This document shows positions 1-12,485 of a DNA stretch of 64,000 nucleotides, in pieces. The notes beneath the pieces were generated by a model, which worked only from the letters and a program-made list of their open reading frames with translations, made no database searches and was not told the origin of the DNA. Made by a program: the position numbers and the translations under genes. Source of the DNA: Peribolospora baueri (Eukaryota). Position 1 is the stretch's first letter, and every line of letters starts with the position of its first letter. Location: positions 1 through 64,000 of the forward strand of contig JAMDHS010000011.1 in the NCBI GenBank assembly GCA_029717555.1, written 5' to 3'.

Positions 1-987
1 TTTTTCTTTTTTTTTTTTTCGCATTCTTTCCGCTTCCTTCCTTCGTTTCACCCCACACTTTGGGATCTTGACCACGCCCCCCTCTCCCTGCCCTCCCTTT
101 GGGCATCTGTCTACCTACGTTCATGCCACCCGCGCACCCAAACTCACCCACGTACCTGATCCCACCCCCCGCCCGCCGCCCCGCCCTAAGTCGTCTCTGC
201 TCGGTTCGGTTCGGTTCGGGCCCGTCCGTAAACCCCGCGCTCGCTCGAGCGACAGACGCTCTTTTCCTTTCTCATATCCGATTCGGATTTTGGATCCCCC
301 GGCCCGGCGCCAACTCGCGCAGGAATTTTTGTATGTACAATATTATATCGAAACCATGCACTGAAGAAGAAGAAATGATGGGCTGTCAAGTCAAATGAAG
401 TCGAGTCAAGTCAAGTCGAGTCTGTTGTTGCGGGTCCCGGAACAGAAAGGCGGAGACGGAAGGAAGGAAGACAGATGGAGGAAACGTCTCTGTTTGTCAA
501 AGACGTCCCCAAGTCCAAGTCCAATCATCCATCGCCCATCCACCTGTCCCGGGAGATACGGCAGACGTGGGTGCCATCAGGGGGCGGTCACCGACCGACC
601 GGCCTACCCGGCGGGGCGAGCGAGCGAGCGAGCACTGTAGTAGGGCAGGATTAGGAAGAATCACTTGGACCGCCCTTTTCCCGTGTCGTAGGCGTCGCTG
701 GTGGTGGGATGGGAACAGGACGATGGAGATGGGAGATGAGCGACGGACGATGGACAGCAGCCGACAGGGTGGGTGGGTGGCATGGGGTGTTGTTGTTGTT
801 ATCAAAGGCGCGCGCGAGCTGACTGGCTGCCTATGCCTTTTGCGCCACTGCCCCACACGCCTATCTGCATGCAGTTCCACCTCGACCAGAAGAAATTCCA
901 CTGCTTTACCGAGTATGCCTGCCACGAGAACGCACGCCCGTTTCGCAGACTCGACTCATATGACTTTTTTTTTCGTTGCAATTCGAG

Positions 988-1024
988 AATGTATGACTAC
1001 AGACAATGTATGACTACAGACAAT
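988..1024. repeat. Perfect 17-bp tandem duplication (AATGTATGACTACAGAC x2) in the CTK1 3' UTR
   Basis: Read directly from the sequence. Confidence 0.85.
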
Positions 1025-1059
1025 AGAGCAACCGAGACGCTGGGCAGGTCGATGGCGCT

Positions 1060-4000
1060 TTAGGCGTGTGTGGCCGAGACGTCGACGGCGACGGCGGACG
1101 GGTCGGGGGCGTCCTGTGATGGCGGCACGGTGCTGTGCTTGGACCGTCTCTTCTCCTTGGCCTTCTTGCTCTCGTACTCGTGCCAGTCGCCTTGCACTGC
1201 TGAGAGGAGACTGCGATGGGATGAGGGTTCGAGAAGGGGGCAAGACGGCGTCAGCTCCGCTCTCGTAAAAAGACAGGCCTCTGAAGAAGGAAGAACGAAG
1301 GCCAGACGGGCGAAGGGCCCGAACATGTTTCCTTACTCACCCCGCAGGCCTCTCCGGCAACGGCTCCTCACAAAAATAGGCGTGCCGCAAAGCGCGCTCT
1401 GCCGAGGGACGCTTGGCCGGATTGTGAGCGAGGAGAGCCTGAGCGAGGTTAATGCCACTCGGAGGAAGAAATCTGAACCCAGACGGAGGAGGTTGAGGAA
1501 CAAAGACCGACCAACCGGGAGGTCAGTACGCTCCTTATCTTCAGCCTTCCCATCTCAGCGACCACAAGAAAGGAAGGACCGGAAAACAAATTCATGTGTC
1601 TCCTTTGAAAGGCGGATCGGATGAACGAGAAAGTCGGATCTCCCGCTAGCCAGCACGACCGAGGGCAAATCGATCGCGCCTCACAAACTCACCTAGAGAA
1701 GGAGTGTTCGAACCGGTTCGGCTTCTGCTCCTTGGGCTTGACTAGTTCGTACCATGGCAGATCAGTCACGCCAGGCCAGTAAGTCGGGTCCTCATCCTCC
1801 CGCTCCCGACCCTGCTGAGCCTCGCCCTCGTCTCCGATCGCGTTCGCACGCGGAGTGCCCAGGATGTTGAAAAGCGCCTCTAGCTGGTGGATCTCATCGT
1901 TGCCTTGGAAGATGGGTCGGCGGGTGAAGAGCTCGAGGAAGATGCACCTGCGGAGGGAGTGGAGCGCAAGAGGACAGGAGAGGGTGAGAGGAGGAACATT
2001 ATCCGGAACGACATACCGATAAACGGCCCTAGATCACGTTGTGACCAAGCCAAGACCAAGGCCGATGATAAACTCACCCTGCTCCCCACATGTCCACCTC
2101 TGGCCCGTAGACCGTAGCACCGAGCAGAAGCTCGGGAGGGCGATACCAGAGGGTGATCACCCGATTGGTGTAGTCACTTTCCCTGCGCTTGTAATAAAAC
2201 CGGGCAAGGCCAAAGTCGGCGAGCTTGAGCACACCCTGGTTGTTGAGCAGGATGTTGGAAGTCTTGATGTCGCGGTGGAGGACAGCTTTCTTGTGAAGAT
2301 AGGCAAGACCTTCCAAGAGCTGGGCGATGAGGGACTTGAGGTGGGCGGAAGAAAAGTTGATGTGCGGGTGGGTGAGGACGCCGGTGAGGTCGTGATCCAT
2401 ATACTCAAAGACCATGTACACGGAACCTGCAGGACGAGGAACAGAAGGAAAAGGTGGAGGGCGGGCTCAGCGCCATCAAAAGCCATCATGATTGAATGGG
2501 CCGTCCACTCCTATCTGACGGACAAGCGAACACTCACCTTTCGATACCATCATCTCATGCAGCCTGACAACGTTCTCGTGCCTGAGCGTCTGCAACAGCT
2601 TGATCTCCCTCATGGCAGTCACAGGGAACCCGTCCTTCTCCGCCTCGACCTTGATGCGCTTGAGCGCTACGAGCCCCCCCGTGGCGTTGTCGCGCGCCTT
2701 GTACACTTTCCCGTACGTGCCTTCGCCTACTTGGACTAGACGCTCGTACACTTCACCAGGCGGCGGCGGAGGCGCGACCGTCGGCAAGGGCGCGACAGCG
2801 GCCTCGTCCGTCGTCTGCGCAGGGGCCGGAGAAACCGCTTGACCGTCCATTCTGGACGCGTCTCGACCTCCTCTTTCGCTTGGCACCTTCCGGAGATCAG
2901 ACGGTCCTGGGGCGGGCTCGCGAACAGGAGGAGGGGAAGGCGACCGCATGCAGACGTCCTTGTTGGATGGTGGACGCCTGGGCTGGGGGGAAAGCGAGCG
3001 AGAAAGGAACCGCGGAGAGCGGGAAAGGGCGGAGCGCGGGGACCGCGAGTCGAACGAAGACGGCGACGTGCGCAAGGAATCATACGAGGTGTTTCTCCTT
3101 ATTCTTCGAGGAGGCGGAGATGGAGGAGGACCTCTACGGTCCCTTGTTCTCCGCTCCCGGTTGACAGGATGGCGCGACCAACGATCTCCCATGTCGTCCG
3201 CAAAGTCCTCGTCCATGTCGGCGTCCATCGGCGACGGAGGTGGCCTCCTCGCTCGAGTGCCCCAACCGTGATCCGAGCGAACACCCTTAGCGGAAGGAGG
3301 GAGCGGACTCCGACTGCGAGGTCGAGCTCGAGTCGGGCCGTGACCGGGGCCCCACTGACGCATTTTCGGCGGCGGATGGGGTATGTCATCTTTGCCGTGC
3401 CTGTCGTCCAAATAGGGATCTCTTCGATCTCCCGTCGGAGCGCCGCGAGGAGGCGGCGCCCTCCGCGTGCTCCACCCGCCCCCGCCCCGCTGCCCATCGC
3501 GAGGAAGCGGGAGAGGCGATAGTTCTCGTCTCCGACGAGGGGGGGACTGTTTGCTCCTAACACTCGTGTAGCTCTCCACGCTCGGACTACGTCTCCTGCG
3601 CTCATCGACTGGCCGACCGCGAGAAAGCGAAGGACGGTGGTAGCGGTCGACCGGCGGAGAGAATGAGTCGCGGGGGCGTTTGCGACTCGAGATGCCCTCA
3701 GCGCCGGGACCTCTCCGGGAGGATGATGACGGTGGCGGAGGTGGCGAGGGTGGAGAGCGAGAGAGGACGGACTCGAGGCCTGAGAAGGGCGAAGGGGATC
3801 GTGAAGAGAAGCGAGAATAAGCAGGCGAAGGCGAACGCCTGCGTCCGGCTCGTCGACCACGCTGTGGTCGATCAGCGTCGATGTCTCTCCAAGGGCCCCT
3901 ACGATCGTCCCCATATCTTCCCGTCAGAGGTCCCCTCCGCGGAGGCTCATCGTCCCTCCAGCTGCGAGAGACGCCCTCGTCCCGTCGATCGAACCGACCC

Positions 4001-5784
4001 CTCGGTCCCCTCATAGGAGGACGATGATTCCCCCAATCGTCTATGCTGTCCACGTCCTTCCCCTTCCTCGGTGGCGGTGGAGGAGGAGGAGGGGAGGGGT
4101 CGCGCCTGTGCGTTCCCGGTCGGTCCCTATCATCCCATCGCCCTTCGCGTCTATCCGCACCTCGTCGGCCATCACCTCGGAAACTCGTATCCCTTCTCCT
4201 CCTCCAACCGGCGCCGTTCGACGGGTTGCGTCGAGACCTGCCGCTGCGGCCGTCGTTTTCGTCGCCACCATCGTCGTCGTCGTCATCGAGCCGCCGACGG
4301 GGGCGAGCGTCATCGTCAAAACGTCTCCTCCGTTTGTCCTCAACCGGCTCATCTATGACGTCCATCCGCCTCCTCACGTCCGGATCCGGACCCCTCCCAC
4401 GGTCGTCCCGGCGATGCGCCCGACCGTTGGTGTCTCTGTCCGATGGTGGTGGCGGGCTGGCGTAGCGCGCGTGCGGATGTCGCTCGTGCTCTGCGTTGGT
4501 ACGCATTCGCGAAGGAGGGACGGGCGGAGGACCAGGCTGTGGCAAAGGGGGGGCATGTGCGCCGCTCCTCTCTCGATGTTCGTGGTCGTGAGCATGAGCG
4601 TGTCCGTAGCTGTGATCGGGCGCTAACGCAGGACGTGCAGCGGACTTGGACAGTAACGACGAAGGGGGAGGCGGCGGGGGACCGGGCGGAGGGGGACGTT
4701 GAGAGTGATGAAAAGGGCCAGAGGATCGTCGACGGTCGACGGGACCGAGGGGGGAAGGGTGCTCGGTGCGGTCGACGGCGACGCGTTCGTAAGGGTCGGA
4801 TGTAGAAGCGACGAGGGATGAAGGCGGCGGCGGAGGAGGAGGAAGAGGAGGGGGAGGCCGCGAAGCTGCATTCGGAGTTTGGTAGGCGTAAGAATCTTGC
4901 GGAGGGAGGGGTTGGCGTTGTCGACCCCAGGCCACGGAGGGTGCGGAAGGGTCTTCAGAGCGAAGGCGATCCATATCGCGCCCGTCCTCGACAGGGTAGG
5001 GCATCTCAGTCGGATGGCTGCGCGACTGATGGAGAGCGGGCGGTGGCTGGGGAAGGGGCTCGCGGATGTAATTGACTGGTTGTCTCTGTGACTCAAACAC
5101 CCAGAGCGCCTCCGACCCGGAATCCGACGATGTGGTCTTGGTGTGGTCGCGAGGAGGAGAGGAACGGTACTCAGACGACACGTAATTGGCGAGAGCAGGG
5201 CGAGGAGGAGGCGGTGGCGGCACGCGGTCGACAGAGGGGCGAGGAAGATCCCACGGAGGAGAAGCGGCAGGCTCCCTCGACTGGTCTTCGTCGTAGTAAG
5301 CGCCTCTCCGCGCCGGCTGGCCACCGTAGGATGACGACTGCTGCTGCTGCTGCTGCTGCTCTCGGTGAGAGTGGGAAACGCTTTCGGGAAAGGGCGGAGG
5401 ATGGGGAGGAGGGCCGGGAGGAATGCGAGACGAAAAACGGCCGTCTGTGGGCGACATCCGTCGCTCGCCGCGGGCGTAGACGGACGAAGATGGCGGGGAA
5501 GGCAATGACGCCTCTGCAAGTCGACCCTCAAGTGTGTCGGGAGAAGATGGACGTCGTCTGTCCGACGCCGGTGGTCGTTGGACCGGCGTATTGCTCCAGT
5601 GAGTAGGACGATCGGCAGGCGGTGGTGACACGGTGTCGCGGGGACAGCCAGAGTAGGCGACGGCGGCGTTGGATGACTCTGAGGGGGTTATGGCCGGCGG
5701 CGGTTGCGGTGGCCAGGCGGAAGGGGGCGAGCGGGTGTGTTGGTGGTGCCATCGACTTTGCAAATGGCCGCTCGAATCGTCCAT
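1060..5784 (-). CDS. CTK1: CTD kinase subunit alpha (CTK1/Lsk1/CDK12-13 family) with very long low-complexity N-terminus; exons ~5784-2538, 2426-2078, 1947-1693, 1472-1341, 1210-1060
   Basis: Spliced translation gives [70 protein letters not shown] and C-terminal [13 protein letters not shown] introns join in frame. Confidence 0.92.
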
Positions 5785-6605
5785 GGCGAGTGTGGGCCAC
5801 CAAAGACGAATGGCTGGCGCGCACGCTGAAGAAGCGGACCAGCGTGCTCGTCGGCGGACTCAAGCGAGCGAGCCTTGGCAGGCGAAGAAAAGGAAGGGGA
5901 GATGGGAGGATGGTCAGTGGAGAGGACACAAACAGACGCAGAGGAGGACGCCAGAGGCCAGGCCAGACGACGTATGTGGAAGGGGAGAATGATCGGGGAG
6001 GAAGAATTGGGCTAGAGATGCTCACAAAGACGTGTGACCTAACCTAGCAAAGCGGCGGGCCGGGCATGGAACGCAGAGCGGACGGGAGACGGCGCGGACT
6101 GCGGGTTGGTGGACGGGGTCGAGGAAAGTGGTCGGAGGGGAAGAAGGGGATGGAGGGAGATGGATGGAACGGATGATGGCTTCCCAGCAATTCTCAACAG
6201 CCGCGGTAAGAGGAGGCGATAAAAATTTCTTGACGTAGGTAACCGACCGGACGCGCCGTTGGTCCCAAACATCGTCTCTCCATCATCCGCCTCGAGCCGA
6301 CTTGAAGCGAGGAAAAACAAGAGCGGACGTCCACATCGAAGCGAACGAACGCTCTAGACTGCATTCAAGTGTGTACTGTATGTACTTTTTCTGCGATGCT
6401 TCTCAACGACGTACGGTACTCTTACACGACTGGAAAGATAAACGGGACGCAGATGGAGATATCAAGGGCGCGCCGAGCATGCGTGCATCCAAGCCAGTCG
6501 TCAAACCCCCCAGCTTCTCCACACACGAGCCGCCCTGGTTCGAGCCATCGCCAACTTCCATCTCAAACGCCTGACGCAGGATCATGCTTCCCGCCCACTG
6601 TCGAC

Positions 6606-8263
6606 CTACTCCTGGTCCGACTCCTCGTCGCCAGACACCTCCGCGTTCTCCTTCTCCACCCGCGCCATGAGCTGGGCCAACTCCTGGTCCTCGCTCTCGC
6701 TGACCGCTTTCGGCTGTTGGTATGTCGTTTAGAGCAGAGAAAAAAGAACCGTCAGTATTCACGCCACGACGGAAGACGAGACAAGAGCACACGTGAACCG
6801 CCCGACACTATCGATGCGCACCATCATCTTGATGACGATGTTACCGCCAGCCTTTTTGATAGTTTCTCCAATCGTCTCGACCGCCTTCTCCAAGAGTTCC
6901 AGACCTCCCTGCTTGTCTGTCGAGTTGGTGAGGAGCACATAGAGCGGCGGCGCGACGAGTTTGACCTTGATGGGGATTGTGGGCGTCTCGAGCGCCTCTC
7001 CGGCCTTCAGCGCCGTCTTGACGGCGTCGACGCCCTCATAACCGAAGCAGGTAACCTCAATGTCCGCGCGGATCTTCACAGGCTGTGGCGTCAGACGCCG
7101 AGCGATGATCGACCTGAGTTCAGACAGCACGATCGGGTCGACCTGCAGGCCTTCGAACACCTGGTCAGGCTCGCTGGGAGGTAGAATAGAACGAAACAGG
7201 AAAAGGACGACATGAGGCAAGACTAGTAAGACGGATGAACGCAAGCTATGCTCGCCACCCGCTCGGGTGACTCACGAAATGGAAAGCTTGAAGCCATCGT
7301 AGGAGTGACCGAATTTCCTGTCGAGCGGCCACACGACCGCCTCGTAGAGCTTCTCGAGATCCATGGACGTCTTCTCGGCGACATGTCGGGCAATCGAATG
7401 CACCGCCTTGGACTTATTGTATCGCTCCTCGCACTTGATCACGTCCTCTGGAGAGACTCTGCGCTTTGACAAGTCGATGTAACCTGTCGAATGGCAAGTG
7501 ACGTGGAGGTCAATGAGAATCGTTAAGTGTCTTCTTTGCTGAAAGGGAGCCGAATCTCTGTCCATCGTCTACTCTCAATCTTCCCTTTTCACCAAATTGC
7601 TACCAACTGTACGACGGGCCCGCCGTCTCGTTCCCAGACCAGCCCTTGACTCTGCGCGTCTCCCAAGCTCGACTCACCTTTCTCTTTGTCAACCCTGAGC
7701 ACGACAACCACCTCGTTCCTTCCAACCCTGATGAGCTTCTGGATGGAGCGGATGCGTCTCCGAGAAAGCTCGCTAAGCAGGATCATACCCTCCGCGCCGT
7801 CATACTCGAGCTACAAGGTGATGAACCGACGATGTCAGGGCCCGGGGATGTGGGAAGTGTGCAATGAGTAAATTGAAAGCAAAGCGAGAGCGAAGTCTTC
7901 AGAAAAAGTCCTTATCGGGTCACGGAGGAGGAAAGAACTCGCAAGAAGGGGGCTGCGACTCACCAGCTTGACGTAGGCGCCCATCTCTGCGATCTGCCTG
8001 ACCTGGACCATGACAATCTCGTCCGTGTCCGGATACCTGGTACAAAGTCAACGCCAACGCCGCCATCACCGCCACCATACGAGCAGACAGGAAGGGAGAA
8101 ACAGGGCCATCGGTCAGTCCGGCTTCAGCTTCCGAAGCCGGCATGAGCAGACTTGCTCAACCGCGAACCAAAAAAACGCAGTGCAGGGCTTCCCCCCCTC
8201 CTTCCCAGCAAACGCTCCTCACACCAAGGACGCACGCACGTACTTTCTTTCGTAAAACCGCAT
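6606..8263 (-). CDS. SUI2: Translation initiation factor eIF2 alpha subunit (multi-exon)
   Basis: [62 protein letters not shown] (Ser51 loop), [30 protein letters not shown], acidic C-terminus ending SGDEESDQE*. Confidence 0.97.
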
Positions 8264-8858
8264 CTTGGGCAAAGAGTAACTTGGCTGCTGGGATCAACGC
8301 AAGGGGTTGGGACAGGCTTGATAACGGTCTTCCCTCTCTTTCGGGTGCGGGGATAGGCAGTCGGTTGGTCGGGAGACAAGATAACGAAAGTGACCGTATG
8401 CGGATGAGCAAAGACAAGCTGAGAGCGCTTCGAAAGTAGGGAAAAGGGCGGGAAACTGAGCGATAGGAGAAGATGGCGAGGAGGAAGACGTGTGTGAGCG
8501 AGCGAGAAGAATCGTCACCGACTCGACGCAGACGAGGAGGAGGCACAAGCTGCTTGTTAAACCCGCTTAGGGCCGACCAGCCCCGTCCATGCTGCCGCAG
8601 CAAGGGGAAGCGCTCGGCCCAGCTGGCTATATGTACTTCTCGCTGCCTCCCGACGAACTGTTCTCGACCGTTTGTGTTTAAAGCCTGTGCCTTGTTCCCT
8701 ATCTGCGACAGCCCGCCAAAGCCCTCCCTTCCTCAATTACCAGCCAACGAGCGGGGACAGACCCGCCTTGCCCACGCTCTGCGTCCGGACCGAGCGCATC
8801 AGCCTCCTTAGGCGACGTAAAGAACCGAGCAACGGAAGAGGGACGACGACGTCGAAAG

Positions 8859-9386
8859 ATGGTACGGACTCGGTCTCTTCGCTCACGAATTGGCATCCCC
8901 TTCATTGACCGTCCGACACATATGCTGATCCATTTATCGTCTCTTTTCTTTGACCGACCAGGCCGTGTCAGACCGAGCGGTGGGGGGCCTGATGCTCCTC
9001 GTGGCGGGCTTCGTGTTCACTTATTACACCATTTGGGCCCTCCTCACCGTGAGTTCTAGTTAGAGATGCAGACAAAGGCCATGCATGGAGCGAGCTCGGT
9101 TTCTGTGCTCTGGGGCGCTTCAGTGACCCTGATAGAAGAGGCGCACGAGCTGACCAAATGGCTTTTCGCGTTCTCTCGGTCGCGCCCTCCCTTCGTCCTA
9201 CCCCGGCAGCCCTTCCTCCCGCCCTCGTCCCCCCTTCTCGACTACTTCCCCCCGCGCGAATGGGCAGTCCGACTACCGCTCTTGGTGCTCATCGCAGGCC
9301 TTTCCGTCGTGGGAGCCTTTGTGGGCATGGTAATGGTGCAGTCTGCGCGGAAGAAGCAAGAGAAGGAAAAAGCTAGGAAAGTCTGA
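8859..9386 (+). CDS. DPM2: Dolichol-phosphate mannose synthase regulatory subunit DPM2 (3 exons; the first carries only the ATG)
   Basis: ATG|gtacgg...cag|AVSDRAVGGLMLLVAGFVFTYYTIWALLT|PFLPPSSPLLDYFPPREWAVRLPLLVLIAGLSVVGAFVGMVM. Two TM helices and the FTYYT.W..L.PF / YF.PR..A..LP pattern typical of DPM2. Confidence 0.9.
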
Positions 9387-9956
9387 CGCCGGAGGCATGG
9401 CGGTCGGCGCACTTCGAAGCAGCGCTGAGGCAACGGAATGAGATGAAGGGCTTCCCGGCACGATCTCCGTCTTTGTACTTTATTTCCCCTCGTTTTTGGT
9501 GATGCGACGACGTTCAAGACAATTTTTCCAGGCGCTGCTCCAGGTTTGCCAGAAATATTGCCCGATACCACTACGAGCACACCATTGACTTCTGTGCAAA
9601 CTAATTTCAAACAAAGCAAACAGGTGTGGATGTACGGCAGAATAAAAAAAAAGCGACCGGGGGAGCACAGGGCGTTAAGAAGCAACGTGAGAAGGATGTG
9701 TATGCGCGGCCCGGGTGGGTCGGGTTGGAGAGGTCGGGACAGATGTCTTTCTATTCAGTCGCTTCGAAACGTCGCAGCTGACCACCATCAACCGCCTCAT
9801 ACGTCTCGCACGTCTCCTCATCGGCACCGCCATTCACCGCGTCCCGTCCTTCGCCAACCGTCACCACCGCCAAGATTTCATTTAGACTTGCTTTCCTAGT
9901 TAAGATGCTTGTGCTCGTCCTTCTGTCTCGTTCGTGTCCCGTCGTCGTGCGCCACC

Positions 9957-12485
9957 TTAGAGGCTCGTCTTCGGCCACTGGTAGCCGGCTGAGCTGCGTT
10001 TGCTGTTACGGACAAAATACAAGAGGATTAGAGCGTCGGTGACCGTCAACGACCATATTTCCCCCTTCACGGCTCGAATTGCACTCACTAGCCATAGCGA
10101 ATGATGAATTCGTCCAGTTTCTCAGGACCGCGAGAGCCATACTGTCGGCAAGGGGAAGACAAGACGTACAAAGTCAATCGACTGTGCGGAAGCGAACGCT
10201 CCCGACGGGCCAAAAATGGTAGCAAAACTCACAGGGTACGGAAGCGGCTTGAGCTTGCCATCGTCGATCTTGTGGAGGAGCGGGGTGAAGATCTTCCATG
10301 CCACATCGAGCTGTTTGACGTGTAAGGCATACGGGAAATACGAAGGATGACAGGGGCGGGAAATTTGTCACTCTGTCCGCGTCACTGGTCGCGCCCGAGC
10401 AGTAGTGAAGGAAGGGAAGCCGTTGGCTCACCTCATCGTCACGGACAAAGTTGGAGTGATCACCCTGAAAGTGCGGGCGAGACAATTTCATTTCAGTATC
10501 CATTCCGAACCAGGGCGGCGCCCGGGCACGTCCCCCACGCCTGTTTGCACCTCGGAAAGATATTTCAAAAACCATGACAAAACGTTCTTCAAAGTCACGC
10601 CACACCACGCACCTTGAAGGCGTCCAGCAAGAGAGCCTCATACGCTTCGGGAATCTGCGCGTTCTGAAACCTGTCCTTGTAAGTGAGGTCAAGGTCGGTC
10701 GTGATGGTACGCATCTCCAGGCCCGGCTTCTTCCCGTTCATCTTGATGTACACTGCCTCGGAGGGCTGGATCCTGAAGACGAGCTCGTTGCGCGGGATGT
10801 CCTTGAAGATGCCGGAGGTGACATCCTTGTATTGTACTCGGATCTCCACCTTGCCTTCGTCCATGGCTATTCGGACGCCAGAAATCAGAACTTCTAGCGA
10901 TGTGCGGGAGAGGCGACGGCTAGCAAATGAAGGCAGTTCCGCTTGGTGTACGTACCTTTACCAGCCTTCATGATGAAAGGAACGCCTTCCCACCTCGGGT
11001 TGTTGACCCAGAGAGTCAGCGCGGCAAAAGTGGGACAGTTCGAGTCCTTGGGCACGGTGTCATCGTCCTTGTAGCCCGGCTTCTCCCCGTTGCTGACGTA
11101 TTGACCCAGCAAGGTGTCCTCTTCACGCACGGGAGGAATGAACCGCAAGAGCTTGACCTGCGAAGGACATTAATTGGAACAGAAGTTAGGACGCCCGTCA
11201 GAAGACACACAAAACTTGCGGGATCAATCCGTGCTTGCGAAGGTGAATTGATGGAGACGAACCTTTTCGTCTCGGATATCCTCGGCAGAGAACGAGACCG
11301 GACGCTCCATGGCCAAGAGGGAGAGAACTTGGAGAAGGTCTACCGGATCGTCGACAAGCAAACGGGAGCAGCTTGAGCCCAGATCGCACGACGTCGCGCG
11401 TCTCGACGGTTGCAAACACTCACGGTTCTGCTCAATGTCTCTGATGATGCCGAATTCATCAAAGTAACCTCCCCTACCCTCGGTGCCGAAAGGTTCCTTG
11501 AAAGTAATCTGGACGTTGGCGACAAGGTGCTTGTTGAGTCCAGCATCGAGGAAGTTGTTGGCAAAGCGCATGACGAGGAGGTTCTTGACCATCTCCTTGC
11601 CGAGGTAGTGGTCGATGCGGAAGGTCTCCTCCTCCTTCCACATGCTTTTGAGTGCGCCCATCATCTGCCTCGAGCTCTCGAGGTCCTTGCCGAACGGCTT
11701 CTCGACAATCAGCCGGTTAATGCCTCCGTCGACGTAGTTGTTCCTGCGGAGGCAACGCGCGACGTCGATGAAGACCGAAGGGGGGAGAGCCATGTAGAAA
11801 AAGCGGCTCTTTGGTTTGTCGGCGTAAGATTTCTCGAGCTCCTTGATGTGCTTCTCGAGTACCTGGAACGCTGCGTCCTCGTTGTACTGGCCTGGGACGT
11901 AGGTGCAGAACGAGAGGAACCGGTCGAGCTTCTTCTTCACCTCGGGGTCATCCTTGTTCTTGATGTAAGAAGAAGCCTTCTCGTGGAAGGTCTTGTCGTC
12001 CATCTTCGTGCGCGCATAGCCGACGATGTGTGTGTTCTTGGGCAACAGGCCGATTTTGTACAGCCCAAACAGGGCGGGCAAGGTCTGCAAAGCACGGATC
12101 GAGGCAGTGTCATGACGGATGGCCGGTCAATCCGAAAAGCGTCGCTGCTCGGCGCACGAGATGAGACTCATGAGCGCTTACCTTCTTCTTGGCCAGGTCG
12201 CCCGAAGCGCCCAAAACTGGTTCGTAGCGAAGGCGATGATTCCAGCGCAAAAGTCAGTTTTCCTTCCATCCAATGTCGCGACATCATCTCCTAAATCCAT
12301 CGACCATTCTCGGTTCTGAACGCCTCCGTACGCCCCGAGATCACGCCCTGAGACCCATCCACCTCGGCTGCGCTTTCGCCTGACGACCGTGGGACGCGAA
12401 GCGCAAACGACGACTCACCGACGATGATGCAGTTTTCCTTGACCACCTGGTTGGACGACGCCATGGAAGGGATTTCGCCGCCCAT
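9957..12485 (-). CDS. ZWF1: Glucose-6-phosphate 1-dehydrogenase (multi-exon)
   Basis: VLGASGDLAKKK, EKPFGKDLESS, FRIDHYLGKEMVKN, EPFGTEGRGGYFDEFGIIRD, PRWEGVPFIMKAGK, RNELVFRIQP, PEAYEALLLD; ends GYQWPKTSL*. Confidence 0.98.

Noticed and set aside
8859..9386. PIG-P/Gpi19 as an alternative identity
   Set aside because: The FTYYT.W and YFPPR.WA..LP patterns and the size fit DPM2 better.
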